A stretch of 64,000 nt of DNA, from contig WVZE01000036.1 in the NCBI GenBank assembly GCA_011772645.1, forward strand, positions 48,726 to 112,725. Direction: 5' to 3'. The stretch is from Candidatus Aenigmatarchaeota archaeon (lineage in GTDB: Archaea > Aenigmatarchaeota > Aenigmatarchaeia > QMZP01 > QMZT01). The notes below the pieces were generated by a model that saw only the letters and a program-made list of their open reading frames with translations, was not told the origin of the DNA and made no database searches. The first letter of the stretch is position 1; the number at the start of each line of letters is the position of its first letter. Shown one piece after another: positions 16,666-24,809 of the stretch. Made by a program: the position numbers and the translations under genes.

Positions 16666-17916
16666 CTATCTCTTTATCTTTCCCCTCTTCTTTACGATCT
16701 TTATCCTCTTTATCCTCTCCTTGTCTGCGTCCTTCACCATTATTCTGAAGTTCTTCAGTTTTATCTTGTCCCCTTTCTTGGGAAAGCGCCCGAGCTTGTT
16801 AACAATAAGGTCAGCGATCGTTTCGAGATCCTTCTGCTTGAACTCGATCCCCATTATTTCCGTGATGTCCTTCAGGGGGGTATCCGCCTCGACAATTATG
16901 CTCTTCTCGTCCAGCAGGCGGAGTTTGGTTTTCCTCACGTCGCTCTCATCGTATATCTCTCCCACGATCTCTTCCAGCAGGTCCTCAAGCGTGACCAGAC
17001 CTTTCACGCTACCCTTCTTGTCCGTTACGATCGCGAGGTGGGTTCCTGTCTCCCTGAAATCATCAAGTAGTAGGGCGAGATTCTTGTCCTCACCAACGAA
17101 CATCACAGGGGAAACGAGCCTCTCGATCTCCATGTCGAACTGTTTCCTTTTCACGTGTCTAAGTATGTCCTTTATGTGGACGATCCCTATGATGTTGTCA
17201 AAGCTGTTCTTGTAAACAGGTATTCTCGAATACCTGGATTCCAGTATTTTCGTCATGACATCAGACAGACGCATGTCAGAGCGTATGGAAGCGATCCTCT
17301 TCCTCGGAGTCATAACCTCCGAAACTTTCGTATCCCCGAATTCAAAGATTCTGTGTATCATCCTTTCCTCATCCCTCTCTATGATCCCTATCTCCGTTGC
17401 CATTCCCAGGGCGGTCTTTATCTCCTCCTCTGTTATGGTTGCTTTCTTTTTCTTTGTGCCAAAGATCCTCAGAATCCCCAGGCTGAGGTTTTCAATGAAA
17501 ATGACAACGGGGTAGAATATCTTGGTAAGGATGTAGAAGGGCCCTGAGAGCAGGAGGGAGACCCTCTCCGCGTTCTGGTAGCAGAAGGATTTCGGTGTGA
17601 TCTCCCCGAAGACAAGGATTATGAACGTCATCACCCCCGTCGCCACGCCCAGACCTGCCGACCCGAAAATCTCCGTGGATATAACGGTAGCGAGCGCGGC
17701 GGCCGCGATGTTCACCAGGTTGTTCCCGATCAGGATGGTCACGAGCAGCTTGTGCGGCTCGTCCTTAAGTTTTCTAAGTATTTTCGCCCCCCTCTTTCGC
17801 TGGCGGACAAGCTTCCTTACCTTTATGTCGCTCAAGGAGAAAAAAGCGATCTCAGAACCTGAGAAGATGGAGGAGAAAACCAGCAGAATTATCAAAACCA
17901 GTATTTCCAGCCACAT
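16666..17916 (-). CDS. CNNM/CorB-type transporter (DUF21 + CBS pair + CorC domain)
   Basis: FSGSEIAFFS, ILIGNNLVN, FGEITPKS, VMTPR, SRIPV, VTLEDLLEEIVGEI. Confidence 0.93.
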   Translation of the reverse strand: MWLEILVLIILLVFSSIFSGSEIAFFSLSDIKVRKLVRQRKRGAKILRKLKDEPHKLLVTILIGNNLVNIAAAALATVISTEIFGSAGLGVATGVMTFIILVFGEITPKSFCYQNAERVSLLLSGPFYILTKIFYPVVIFIENLSLGILRIFGTKKKKATITEEEIKTALGMATEIGIIERDEERMIHRIFEFGDTKVSEVMTPRKRIASIRSDMRLSDVMTKILESRYSRIPVYKNSFDNIIGIVHIKDILRHVKRKQFDMEIERLVSPVMFVGEDKNLALLLDDFRETGTHLAIVTDKKGSVKGLVTLEDLLEEIVGEIYDESDVRKTKLRLLDEKSIIVEADTPLKDITEIMGIEFKQKDLETIADLIVNKLGRFPKKGDKIKLKNFRIMVKDADKERIKRIKIVKKRGKIKR

Positions 17917-17941
17917 AAAAAATAATTGTGTTTCCTGGCTT

Positions 17942-18367
17942 TTATTTGTTCATTTCCTTCGACAGCTTGTTTACCTTGTTCTCGATCTCTATTATCTTCG
18001 AGACGAGTTCCCTGTATTTCTTTTCGAGTTTTATGTCCGTGTCTATCCTTTTCTTGTCAAGCTTGTGGACCCTGTAGTCAGTCGTTCTCTTGTGTTTGGT
18101 GGCGATTTCGAACGTGTTTTCCAGCTGCTGCGAGATCGAACTCAGTTTCTTGTAGATGTCATCCTGGTATCCCACGACTTTCGTGTTTGTCAGCTCTTCC
18201 GAAAGCTTCCCCGCTCCTATGATAACCACGATGGCCAGAAAAATCGCAAAGGATTCGAAGGGCATCGCTGCAGCAATAACCCCTGTCAACAGCGAGAGGG
18301 CGATCACTGCGAACAGTACCCAGAATATCTTATCCCAGTGCCTGAACCAGTGCATACTCGAAAACAT
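17942..18367 (-). CDS. Hypothetical membrane protein (2 TM plus coiled coil)
   Basis: 141-aa ORF with hydrophobic N-terminal helices. Confidence 0.7.
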   Translation of the reverse strand: MFSSMHWFRHWDKIFWVLFAVIALSLLTGVIAAAMPFESFAIFLAIVVIIGAGKLSEELTNTKVVGYQDDIYKKLSSISQQLENTFEIATKHKRTTDYRVHKLDKKRIDTDIKLEKKYRELVSKIIEIENKVNKLSKEMNK

Positions 18368-18461
18368 AGTTATTATTTAAAGGTAAAGAATTTAAAGGTT
18401 TTTTACCCTTAATTTTCACGGTTTGTTAAAGTTTTTAAACTTGTATCCCTATATAACGTTT

Positions 18462-18746
18462 ATGAAATTCCCGAAAACCCTGCGCACCTACTGCCCGAAG
18501 TGCAGGAAGCACACGGAGCACACGGTGAAGCAGTCCAAGAGGAAGGGACGTTCCAAGGCTCACCCCCAGTCCCAGTCGCAGAGGAGGTTCAAGAGGAAGA
18601 TGGAGGGATACGGATCCTTCCCCAGGCCCAATCCCAAGGGCGAGGGAAAGCCCACCAAGAAGGTGGATCTCCGCCTGACGTGCAAGGAGTGCAAGAAGGC
18701 GCATACAAAGAAGGGTTTCAGGGTAAAGAAGTTCGAGCTGGTATGA
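18462..18746 (+). CDS. rpl44e: 50S ribosomal protein L44e (eL42)
   Basis: [47 protein letters not shown]. Confidence 0.97.
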   Translation: MKFPKTLRTYCPKCRKHTEHTVKQSKRKGRSKAHPQSQSQRRFKRKMEGYGSFPRPNPKGEGKPTKKVDLRLTCKECKKAHTKKGFRVKKFELV

Positions 18747-18874
18747 TGGATATTAACGATAAAGGAAGGTCCTACGTCCTGGAGATGGCCGCCAGATCCT
18801 ACTGTGAAGGTTTAACGGAAAGGTTTGACCAGGGATACAAAAGGCTGCTATTCCTCGCCAGGGCGTTCAACTAG
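18743..18874 (+). pseudogene. 5' half of a small gene interrupted by the integrase element
   Basis: ATG overlaps the rpl44e stop (ATGA); MMDINDKG...YKRLLFLAR joins in frame to 22114-22272 at GCCAG. Confidence 0.6.
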
Positions 18875-18917
18875 AACTGTGACTCCCGGGCCGGAAATAT
18901 ACAGTCCGGGTGTTCAC

Positions 18918-20042
18918 ATGACCAAAAACAGAGGTTCGGTAGAGAATAAGTTGAAGGAGCTTCTTTCTGACAGGACTATAACCGATAGGAACAGGGACCA
19001 TATACTGAAATTCAAGGACAATTGCGTTGCTGAGGTCATGGGCAATAACAGGATTCACAAGTATCTGACCTACCTTCCCAAAATCGCTAGAATTCTTAAA
19101 AAAGACTTTAAAAAAGCTGAAAAGGAGGATATCCAGAGGGTTCTGGCTGAACTGGAGAAGAACCAGAGCTATTCTGCGTGGACGAAGTACGATTTCAGGG
19201 TGATGATAAAGCGATTCTACAAGTGGCTTGAGGGAGACGATGAAGTGTATCCGAAGAAGGTCAGATGGATCAAATCCTGGGCAGTTGTTAAAAAGGCTAG
19301 GGGGGTCCTTCCTGATGAGCTTCTCACTGTAGAGGAAATCAAGGCAATGATAGAGAATTGTTATAACATTCGCGACAAAGCGATAATCTCTGTTCTTTAC
19401 GAAAGCGGATTTCGAGTGAGTGAATTCCTTGGAATGAGGATTAAGCATGTGGATTTCTCTGGGGACCTTGCTCATATCACTTTTGAAATAGAAGGAGCTA
19501 AAACAGGAATGAGAAAGATACCTCTGATAAACTCCATTCCCTATCTGGCCAATTGGATTGGAAATCACCCAAGCCAGAATGATCCGAACTCATATGTGTG
19601 GATATCAAATGGCCACGTAAATCACAATCAACCAATGTGCTATGGCAATCTGATGGATTTGCTGAGAAAGATAGCTGTGAGGGCAGGCGTGAAGAAGAGG
19701 GTTAATCCGCACAATTTCAGGCATTCCAAGGCCACAGAGATGGCAAAATCCCTTACAGAATACCAGCTATGTCTTTACTTTGGCTGGAAGAAATCAGCAA
19801 CAGCATCCACATATGTTCATCTCGCAGGAAGGGATCTGGACATAGCAATAAGGGAACTGGCTGGATTATCAACTCCAGAGCAGAAAAAGAACGAGCTCGA
19901 GCCAATCAAATGCCCACGCTGCGAGAAGACAAACGAGCCCACAGCAAAGATGTGCAACAGATGCGGATTGATTCTGAGCGCAAAGAACGCCATGCAAACA
20001 ATGTTCTGGCGAGGAAAAGAACTGAACACTCCTCCCTCTTAG
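18918..20042 (+). CDS. Site-specific tyrosine recombinase/integrase with C-terminal Zn ribbon
   Basis: ESGFRVSE (R), AKTG (K), HNFRHS (HxxR), FGW, STYVH (Y); CPRC..CNRC; ATG at 18918. Confidence 0.93.
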   Translation: MTKNRGSVENKLKELLSDRTITDRNRDHILKFKDNCVAEVMGNNRIHKYLTYLPKIARILKKDFKKAEKEDIQRVLAELEKNQSYSAWTKYDFRVMIKRFYKWLEGDDEVYPKKVRWIKSWAVVKKARGVLPDELLTVEEIKAMIENCYNIRDKAIISVLYESGFRVSEFLGMRIKHVDFSGDLAHITFEIEGAKTGMRKIPLINSIPYLANWIGNHPSQNDPNSYVWISNGHVNHNQPMCYGNLMDLLRKIAVRAGVKKRVNPHNFRHSKATEMAKSLTEYQLCLYFGWKKSATASTYVHLAGRDLDIAIRELAGLSTPEQKKNELEPIKCPRCEKTNEPTAKMCNRCGLILSAKNAMQTMFWRGKELNTPPS

Positions 20043-20118
20043 TTTATCCCCCCTTTCCGCCCGAGCGAGTTTTACTATACAAATCGTTTTTATTGATAAC
20101 TATCTGAAATTTAATTGG

Positions 20119-20790
20119 ATGGTTTTTATGAAGAGAAGTAAAAATAATAAAATAAAGACAAAAACAGGAAAAACTCCCATCATGTACGAATCAGATTTTA
20201 TTACCAAAAAGGAGAAGAGGACTCTAATAATACAGACTGCCACTGCCGTTATTCTGGCCGTAACTGCTGTAGTCTACGCTGGGGGTGTTTTTGTCCAATA
20301 TAATACTTTTCAGAACCAGTTGGACCTAGATAATCCACATTTTGTAATATCTTTTGATCCAAATCAGGCGTGTAGGGACAGTATAAATGAACTTGATAGT
20401 CCATGGATTAGAATATCTTTGAAGAATTACGGTAAGTATCCAGCAAGTATAAAATTCAGTCCTTTGGTAGAGGGCATATCATTTGATGGGGGTGAAGAGG
20501 TAAGTTATGTAATCACTGAGGATTCAATAATGGAGAATTCAATACGACTGAGACCCAATCTTTCTACACAGAATTTCACAGTATCTTTAATGTACGATTG
20601 TACACCAATTCCAGTATCATATTATAGGTTCCCATTTTGGACTACTCGTGATGCACCCTGTAATTTCTGGACTGATTGTGGAATAAGATGCGAATATGAA
20701 AGAAAATATGGATATAACCATTGGGAAAGAGTAGGGGATATAGAAGGTTTAAGATGGTATAATGGAAAATGCAAGAGACTAGTTTTATAA
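20119..20790 (+). CDS. Cargo gene 1: membrane-anchored hypothetical protein
   Basis: AT-rich, one TM, several Cys; stop codon lies inside repeat copy 1. Confidence 0.75.
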   Translation: MVFMKRSKNNKIKTKTGKTPIMYESDFITKKEKRTLIIQTATAVILAVTAVVYAGGVFVQYNTFQNQLDLDNPHFVISFDPNQACRDSINELDSPWIRISLKNYGKYPASIKFSPLVEGISFDGGEEVSYVITEDSIMENSIRLRPNLSTQNFTVSLMYDCTPIPVSYYRFPFWTTRDAPCNFWTDCGIRCEYERKYGYNHWERVGDIEGLRWYNGKCKRLVL

Positions 20791-20844
20791 AGCCATTTGA
20801 CAAATTCATACAAGGCGCTGTGTTGGCATTTCCTTGGCGGCCAG
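20784..20844 (+). repeat. 61-bp repeat copy 1 (36 conserved + 11 variable + 14 conserved)
   Basis: TTTATAAAGCCATTTGACAAATTCATACAAGGCGCT-GTGTTGGCATT-TCCTTGGCGGCCAG. Confidence 0.95.
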
Positions 20845-20902
20845 GGGTTTACGTATATTATATTGAATATTAACTTATTAACAATTAAAACAATAATTAT
20901 TT

Positions 20903-21973
20903 ATGGCCAAACATAAAAAAGCCATAATCATAATTCTTTTATTAATTGTTTTTATAGCCCTACTGTATCTTTCTATACCACTATTTATTTGCCCTATTGT
21001 TGATGGGGTTTCTTGCAATAATATTACTTTAACAGGAATCTGGAATTCTGATAATGATTATGTCATTGAAGTCAAGAATCTCAATGGCTCCTCTTTAGAT
21101 AATGATAATCCAATTTTTGAAAATGAGGCATATTGTCAAATATTTTTAAAAGAGAATGACCTGTCTTTTGATGAATTTAAAAACTACACGAGAAAAATCT
21201 CAGGTATGGTCCGCACCTACCAAGAAGTGAAAGAGACAGTTTCTAATGTATCAATACCCTATAGAATACAATTAGAATTTAACCAATGTTATCCGTTCGG
21301 GGGATTTTATTGTCCAGGATACGAAGTAAATATTGATACCCCGCCTTGTTTTTTCTATCAGATTGATAAGGAAACAGACCCAAATATTGCGTTGCAAGTA
21401 TGTGAAAAGACCACACTCGATGTCGAAGGTAGTAGCAAATGTTATAGAATAGTAGCCCTAAAATTTGCTGATGTAGATACAGATATGGCTGTTGCGTTAT
21501 GTGATAGAACAGCTATTTTCGGTATTTATGAGAAACTTAAATGTTATAAAAAAATTGTAATAAAGTTAGCTGAGAAAGACATTAGTAAAGCTATAGATAT
21601 ATGTGAAATTGAAGGCATGTATTGTCGTGGAGACGTTATAGAACACTATCAGAATACGTATAACATTACTGGAGAGAAGTTGGTTAAAGAATGTCTATAT
21701 TATGAATTAGGGGATAAAGTAACCGAGCGACTGTGTGCACACAACAGCATCTATCTTTATGGTTGGCAGGGACATCATGATTTAGTTTACATGTACGGCA
21801 ATGGTTATTCTGAGAAAGCAAAGATTCTTTGTGATAAAATGCTGCTTTTTTATGGTAGTGATGAATTATGCCTTAAAAAACGAGAAGGAACCATTAAAGA
21901 AATTAATAGGCCAGGAAGCGCTTTAAACCAATTCGTTCTGCAACACCCCGATGGTTTAGGAGAACCTCAATAG
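20903..21973 (+). CDS. Cargo gene 2: membrane-anchored protein with Cys-containing helical repeats
   Basis: N-terminal TM; recurring A..(V/L/I)C....CY..(V/I)A.K.A repeats; AT-rich. Confidence 0.78.
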   Translation: MAKHKKAIIIILLLIVFIALLYLSIPLFICPIVDGVSCNNITLTGIWNSDNDYVIEVKNLNGSSLDNDNPIFENEAYCQIFLKENDLSFDEFKNYTRKISGMVRTYQEVKETVSNVSIPYRIQLEFNQCYPFGGFYCPGYEVNIDTPPCFFYQIDKETDPNIALQVCEKTTLDVEGSSKCYRIVALKFADVDTDMAVALCDRTAIFGIYEKLKCYKKIVIKLAEKDISKAIDICEIEGMYCRGDVIEHYQNTYNITGEKLVKECLYYELGDKVTERLCAHNSIYLYGWQGHHDLVYMYGNGYSEKAKILCDKMLLFYGSDELCLKKREGTIKEINRPGSALNQFVLQHPDGLGEPQ

Positions 21974-22057
21974 TTAATTTAAAAGTAAAACATACTTGCA
22001 TAATATCGATTTAGAATGAGACTCGTGAGACAACCAAATTGTGCAGAACCAAGTTAA

Positions 22058-22118
22058 TTTATAAAGCCATTTGACAAATTCATACAAGGCGCTAGGCTGC
22101 GATATCCTTGGCGGCCAG
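22058..22118 (+). repeat. 61-bp repeat copy 2 (element right end)
   Basis: TTTATAAAGCCATTTGACAAATTCATACAAGGCGCT-AGGCTGCGATA-TCCTTGGCGGCCAG. Confidence 0.95.
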
Positions 22119-22272
22119 AGCGGGCGGCCTGGACATTGAAAATCTAAGAAAGAACGACGTTATACTCCTGTTGATGGGACACGGCCTGGAATGGGGAGAC
22201 ATGGACCTCAGAAGTCTTTCCAGAGATGTTAAGTGGGATATCAGAAAATTGAAAGAAAAAAAGGTGATATGA
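22114..22272 (+). pseudogene. 3' half of the interrupted small gene
   Basis: Open frame ARAGGLDIENLRKNDVILLLMGHGLEWGD...KLKEKKVI* whose TGA overlaps the rps27e ATG. Confidence 0.6.
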
Positions 22273-22436
22273 TGGCTTCGAAATTTTTAAGGGTGAAGTG
22301 CAGGAAATGCAAGAACGAGCAGGTTGTTTTTGAGAGACCGTCCTCCAGCATAAAATGCCTGGTCTGCGAAGAGGTTCTTGCAGAGCCCACGGGCGGGAAG
22401 GCGAAGATAAAAACCGACGTTATATCCAAGGTTTAG
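22269..22436 (+). CDS. rps27e: 30S ribosomal protein S27e
   Basis: SKFLRVKCRKCKNEQVVF..CLVC..LAEPTGGKAKI. Confidence 0.96.
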   Translation: MMASKFLRVKCRKCKNEQVVFERPSSSIKCLVCEEVLAEPTGGKAKIKTDVISKV

Positions 22437-22444
22437 GTGTTATT

Positions 22445-23191
22445 TTGGAGAAAAAGATTCCTAAGAAGTGGGAGCTGGTCGTGTGCAGGATCAAGAAGAT
22501 CAATCCCCACTCCGTCCTGGCATACCTTGTGGAATACGAGAGGATGGGATTAATACACGTTTCCGAGGTCGCATCGAGGTGGGTGCGAGACATACGGGAG
22601 TTCGTGAAGGAGAACCAGTACGTTGTCTGCAGGGTCATGGAGGCGAACACTGAGCATATCTCCCTTTCCCTCAAGAGGGTCTACAAGGAGGACAGGACAA
22701 AGAAGCTGAACGAATTCAAGAGGGAGAGGAGATCGGAAAAGCTCATCGAGATGTGCGGCAGGCTGCTGAAGAAGAGCGCGGAGGAGGTCAAGAAGGAGAT
22801 AGTCCCCGTCCTGGTGGAGGAGTTCGGCTCTCTCACGAAAACGTTCGAGATGGCCCTAAGGAAGCCGGATCTCCTGAAAAGGAAAGACATCCCGGTCAAA
22901 TGGAGAGAAGCGATAATGGATATCGCCAAGAAGAACTACGCTGAGAAGACGTTCGCCGTAAAGGGCGAGCTGAGACTGATCACGAGCAGGCCCGACGGGA
23001 TCGATCTCATAAAGAAGGCTTTACTGAAGGCCAAGAGCCAGGGCCTGGAAGTCCAGTACGTGTCAGCCCCCAAGTACGTCCTGATCGGCAAGGGCAAGAA
23101 CTACAAGGAAGTGGAGAGCAAGGTCAGGGAGATCGGCGAGGGGATAGCCAAGGGCTTCGAGGGCGAAGCCAGTTTTGAGCTGGAGAAATAA
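22445..23191 (+). CDS. eif2a: Translation initiation factor 2 alpha subunit (TTG start)
   Basis: S1 domain ELVVC..GLIHVSEVASRWVRDIREFVKE..ISLSLKRV; YVSAPKY; SD AGGTG before TTG 22445. Confidence 0.94.
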   Translation: MEKKIPKKWELVVCRIKKINPHSVLAYLVEYERMGLIHVSEVASRWVRDIREFVKENQYVVCRVMEANTEHISLSLKRVYKEDRTKKLNEFKRERRSEKLIEMCGRLLKKSAEEVKKEIVPVLVEEFGSLTKTFEMALRKPDLLKRKDIPVKWREAIMDIAKKNYAEKTFAVKGELRLITSRPDGIDLIKKALLKAKSQGLEVQYVSAPKYVLIGKGKNYKEVESKVREIGEGIAKGFEGEASFELEK

Positions 23192-23209
23192 ACATAAAAT
23201 AATAAGAAT

Positions 23210-23908
23210 TTACTTGGTTATTTTAATGGAAACATTTTTTGGTTTTTTGGGCTTCCATTTGTATCTCTTGAAAAAGGGGAATCCTTCTCTTAATTCTATC
23301 CCTATTCCCATTTCCCTTAATGTATTCGTTTCTTCTTTGCTCAGCTGCGTCAGGTAAACCCTGTCGGTTGTCACTGTACTTCCCTTTCCGGAAATGTATT
23401 CGGCTGTTCTGGCTGTATTCTGCATGCCGTCCAAATTCAGAAGTTTCGGTACGAGTTCACTGACAGGAACTTCCTTCGTAAATATGTACAGGTATTTTCT
23501 TTTCTTCCCAATTCTGTTATTACTAAGCTTCTTTCTTCTCGTTCTCCAGGGTATTTTCTTGCCGTCAACTTCAACGTAACTTCCCATGTCAGTTACCCTC
23601 CATTTCTTACTATTAAGTCCGAGATCTGGTATATCCAGCATGTTGGAAGCATGCTCTTCGATTTTCGTTCCTTCATATTTCCTTTCCAAAATGTCAATCC
23701 TGGAACCACTCAATCTCGCATTTTTGAGGGTTTTTCCCTTCCTTTTGAAAGCAAGTTGTTTATAAGACTCGCCTTTCTTGATCTCACCGTGAGGTTCAAA
23801 TCCCATGTTCAAGATATCACTCACCAAACCCTTAGGTATACCCTCTTGGTTCGTGATCTGATAAACAGCTTCTGAATTCCTGTAAATCCTTGAAACGTAT
23901 TTTACCAT
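23210..23908 (-). CDS. Hypothetical basic protein (AT-rich)
   Basis: 232-aa ORF, no recognised motif. Confidence 0.7.
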   Translation of the reverse strand: MVKYVSRIYRNSEAVYQITNQEGIPKGLVSDILNMGFEPHGEIKKGESYKQLAFKRKGKTLKNARLSGSRIDILERKYEGTKIEEHASNMLDIPDLGLNSKKWRVTDMGSYVEVDGKKIPWRTRRKKLSNNRIGKKRKYLYIFTKEVPVSELVPKLLNLDGMQNTARTAEYISGKGSTVTTDRVYLTQLSKEETNTLREMGIGIELREGFPFFKRYKWKPKKPKNVSIKITK

Positions 23909-23918
23909 TCAATCACCT

Positions 23919-24293
23919 CTATTTGGAATATCCTTCGGGCAATACCATTCCGTCCGGTTTGCCTGTTTCAGGATCGACCATGTCGAAAAGCTTAATCTCC
24001 TCTCCCGTATCGAATTGATGCATTTTCTTTCCACCATTCACCTTTTCGAGCATGTCCTGATGGACACCCCATGCAAGCCCGCTGTGCTTTATTGGTTCAT
24101 GCATGTAGTTATTCCAGGCAACGCCTGATGTACACTCAACTGCCTGTATTTCCGAACCATTATAGGCTTTCACAGCATTGGCATAATTGTTGTATTCAAC
24201 CAGTCCGAGGCCTCCTGCCGCTCCTATGGCTAGCGCAAAGAACGCCAGGTGATCGGACGTCTTTCTCGGTAATCTTATCTTGTATGTGGTCAT
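23919..24293 (-). CDS. Hypothetical membrane-anchored protein, possibly LysM-like
   Basis: N-terminal TM; LEKVNGG...FDTGEEIKL loosely resembles a LysM C-terminal half. Confidence 0.6.
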   Translation of the reverse strand: MTTYKIRLPRKTSDHLAFFALAIGAAGGLGLVEYNNYANAVKAYNGSEIQAVECTSGVAWNNYMHEPIKHSGLAWGVHQDMLEKVNGGKKMHQFDTGEEIKLFDMVDPETGKPDGMVLPEGYSK

Positions 24294-24385
24294 CCTAACC
24301 CTCCTTTATAAATTTTATCACTTTTTAATAGTTAATTATTACATATTTATTGATTTGGGGGTATTTAAAGCTTTCGTTTGCCTCT

Positions 24386-24727
24386 TCAAGCCGCTGTCAG
24401 CTGGATTTCCGCTTCCTCTTCGGGGATACTGTTTCCAGGAAGGGTGTAGCCTGATTCCGTGAGGGTGGCGTCCTCGTACTGCTTGCCTTCCCTGTGGTCC
24501 CTGTCGGTTGCTCGCCAGTTGTTTTCTTCCAGGATTAATTCGTCCGCGTGGTCGTCGTACCTGATCTCGCGGAATATCTCGAGAAGGTTCAGGTATTCCC
24601 CGATCACGTGGTCGGGAACGATCAGGTCGTATCGTATTTTGAACTTCTCGTAGAACAAAGAGGGATCTATGGATTTCTCCTTGTTTCTTCCGTGCAGGGA
24701 CGGCCTGGTTTCGGCATCTACTAACAT
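24386..24727 (-). CDS. Hypothetical acidic protein
   Basis: 113-aa ORF with host-like codon use. Confidence 0.6.
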   Translation of the reverse strand: MLVDAETRPSLHGRNKEKSIDPSLFYEKFKIRYDLIVPDHVIGEYLNLLEIFREIRYDDHADELILEENNWRATDRDHREGKQYEDATLTESGYTLPGNSIPEEEAEIQLTAA

Positions 24728-24809
24728 TCTTTCTCAAACCTTAACTTTAAAACAAGTATATTAATATATAAACAAAAATTTATAAAAATTTAGTGCCCAG
24801 CGTGTTAAT

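Larger units (their letters stand above)
18857..22118 (+). mobile_element. Tyrosine-recombinase integrative element with two cargo genes and repeated 61-bp ends
   Basis: Interrupts the conserved rpl44e-rps27e linkage; bounded by GCCAGGGCG (18857-18865) and GCCAGAGCG (22114-22122); integrase plus AT-rich cargo. Confidence 0.75.

Noticed and set aside
20784-22118. 61-bp repeats as a CRISPR array
   Set aside because: Only two copies about 1.2 kb apart with a whole gene between them; no cas genes in the window.
18918-22118. Classical integron (IntI plus attC)
   Set aside because: The repeats lack RYYYAAC...GTTRRRY ends and long attC-type palindromy; the integrase has a Zn-ribbon tail, is co-oriented with the cargo and shows no evident IntI-specific insertion.
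24339-24737. 132-aa alternative-frame ORF
   Set aside because: Arg/Pro-rich shadow frame; the overlapping 113-aa frame has more protein-like composition.
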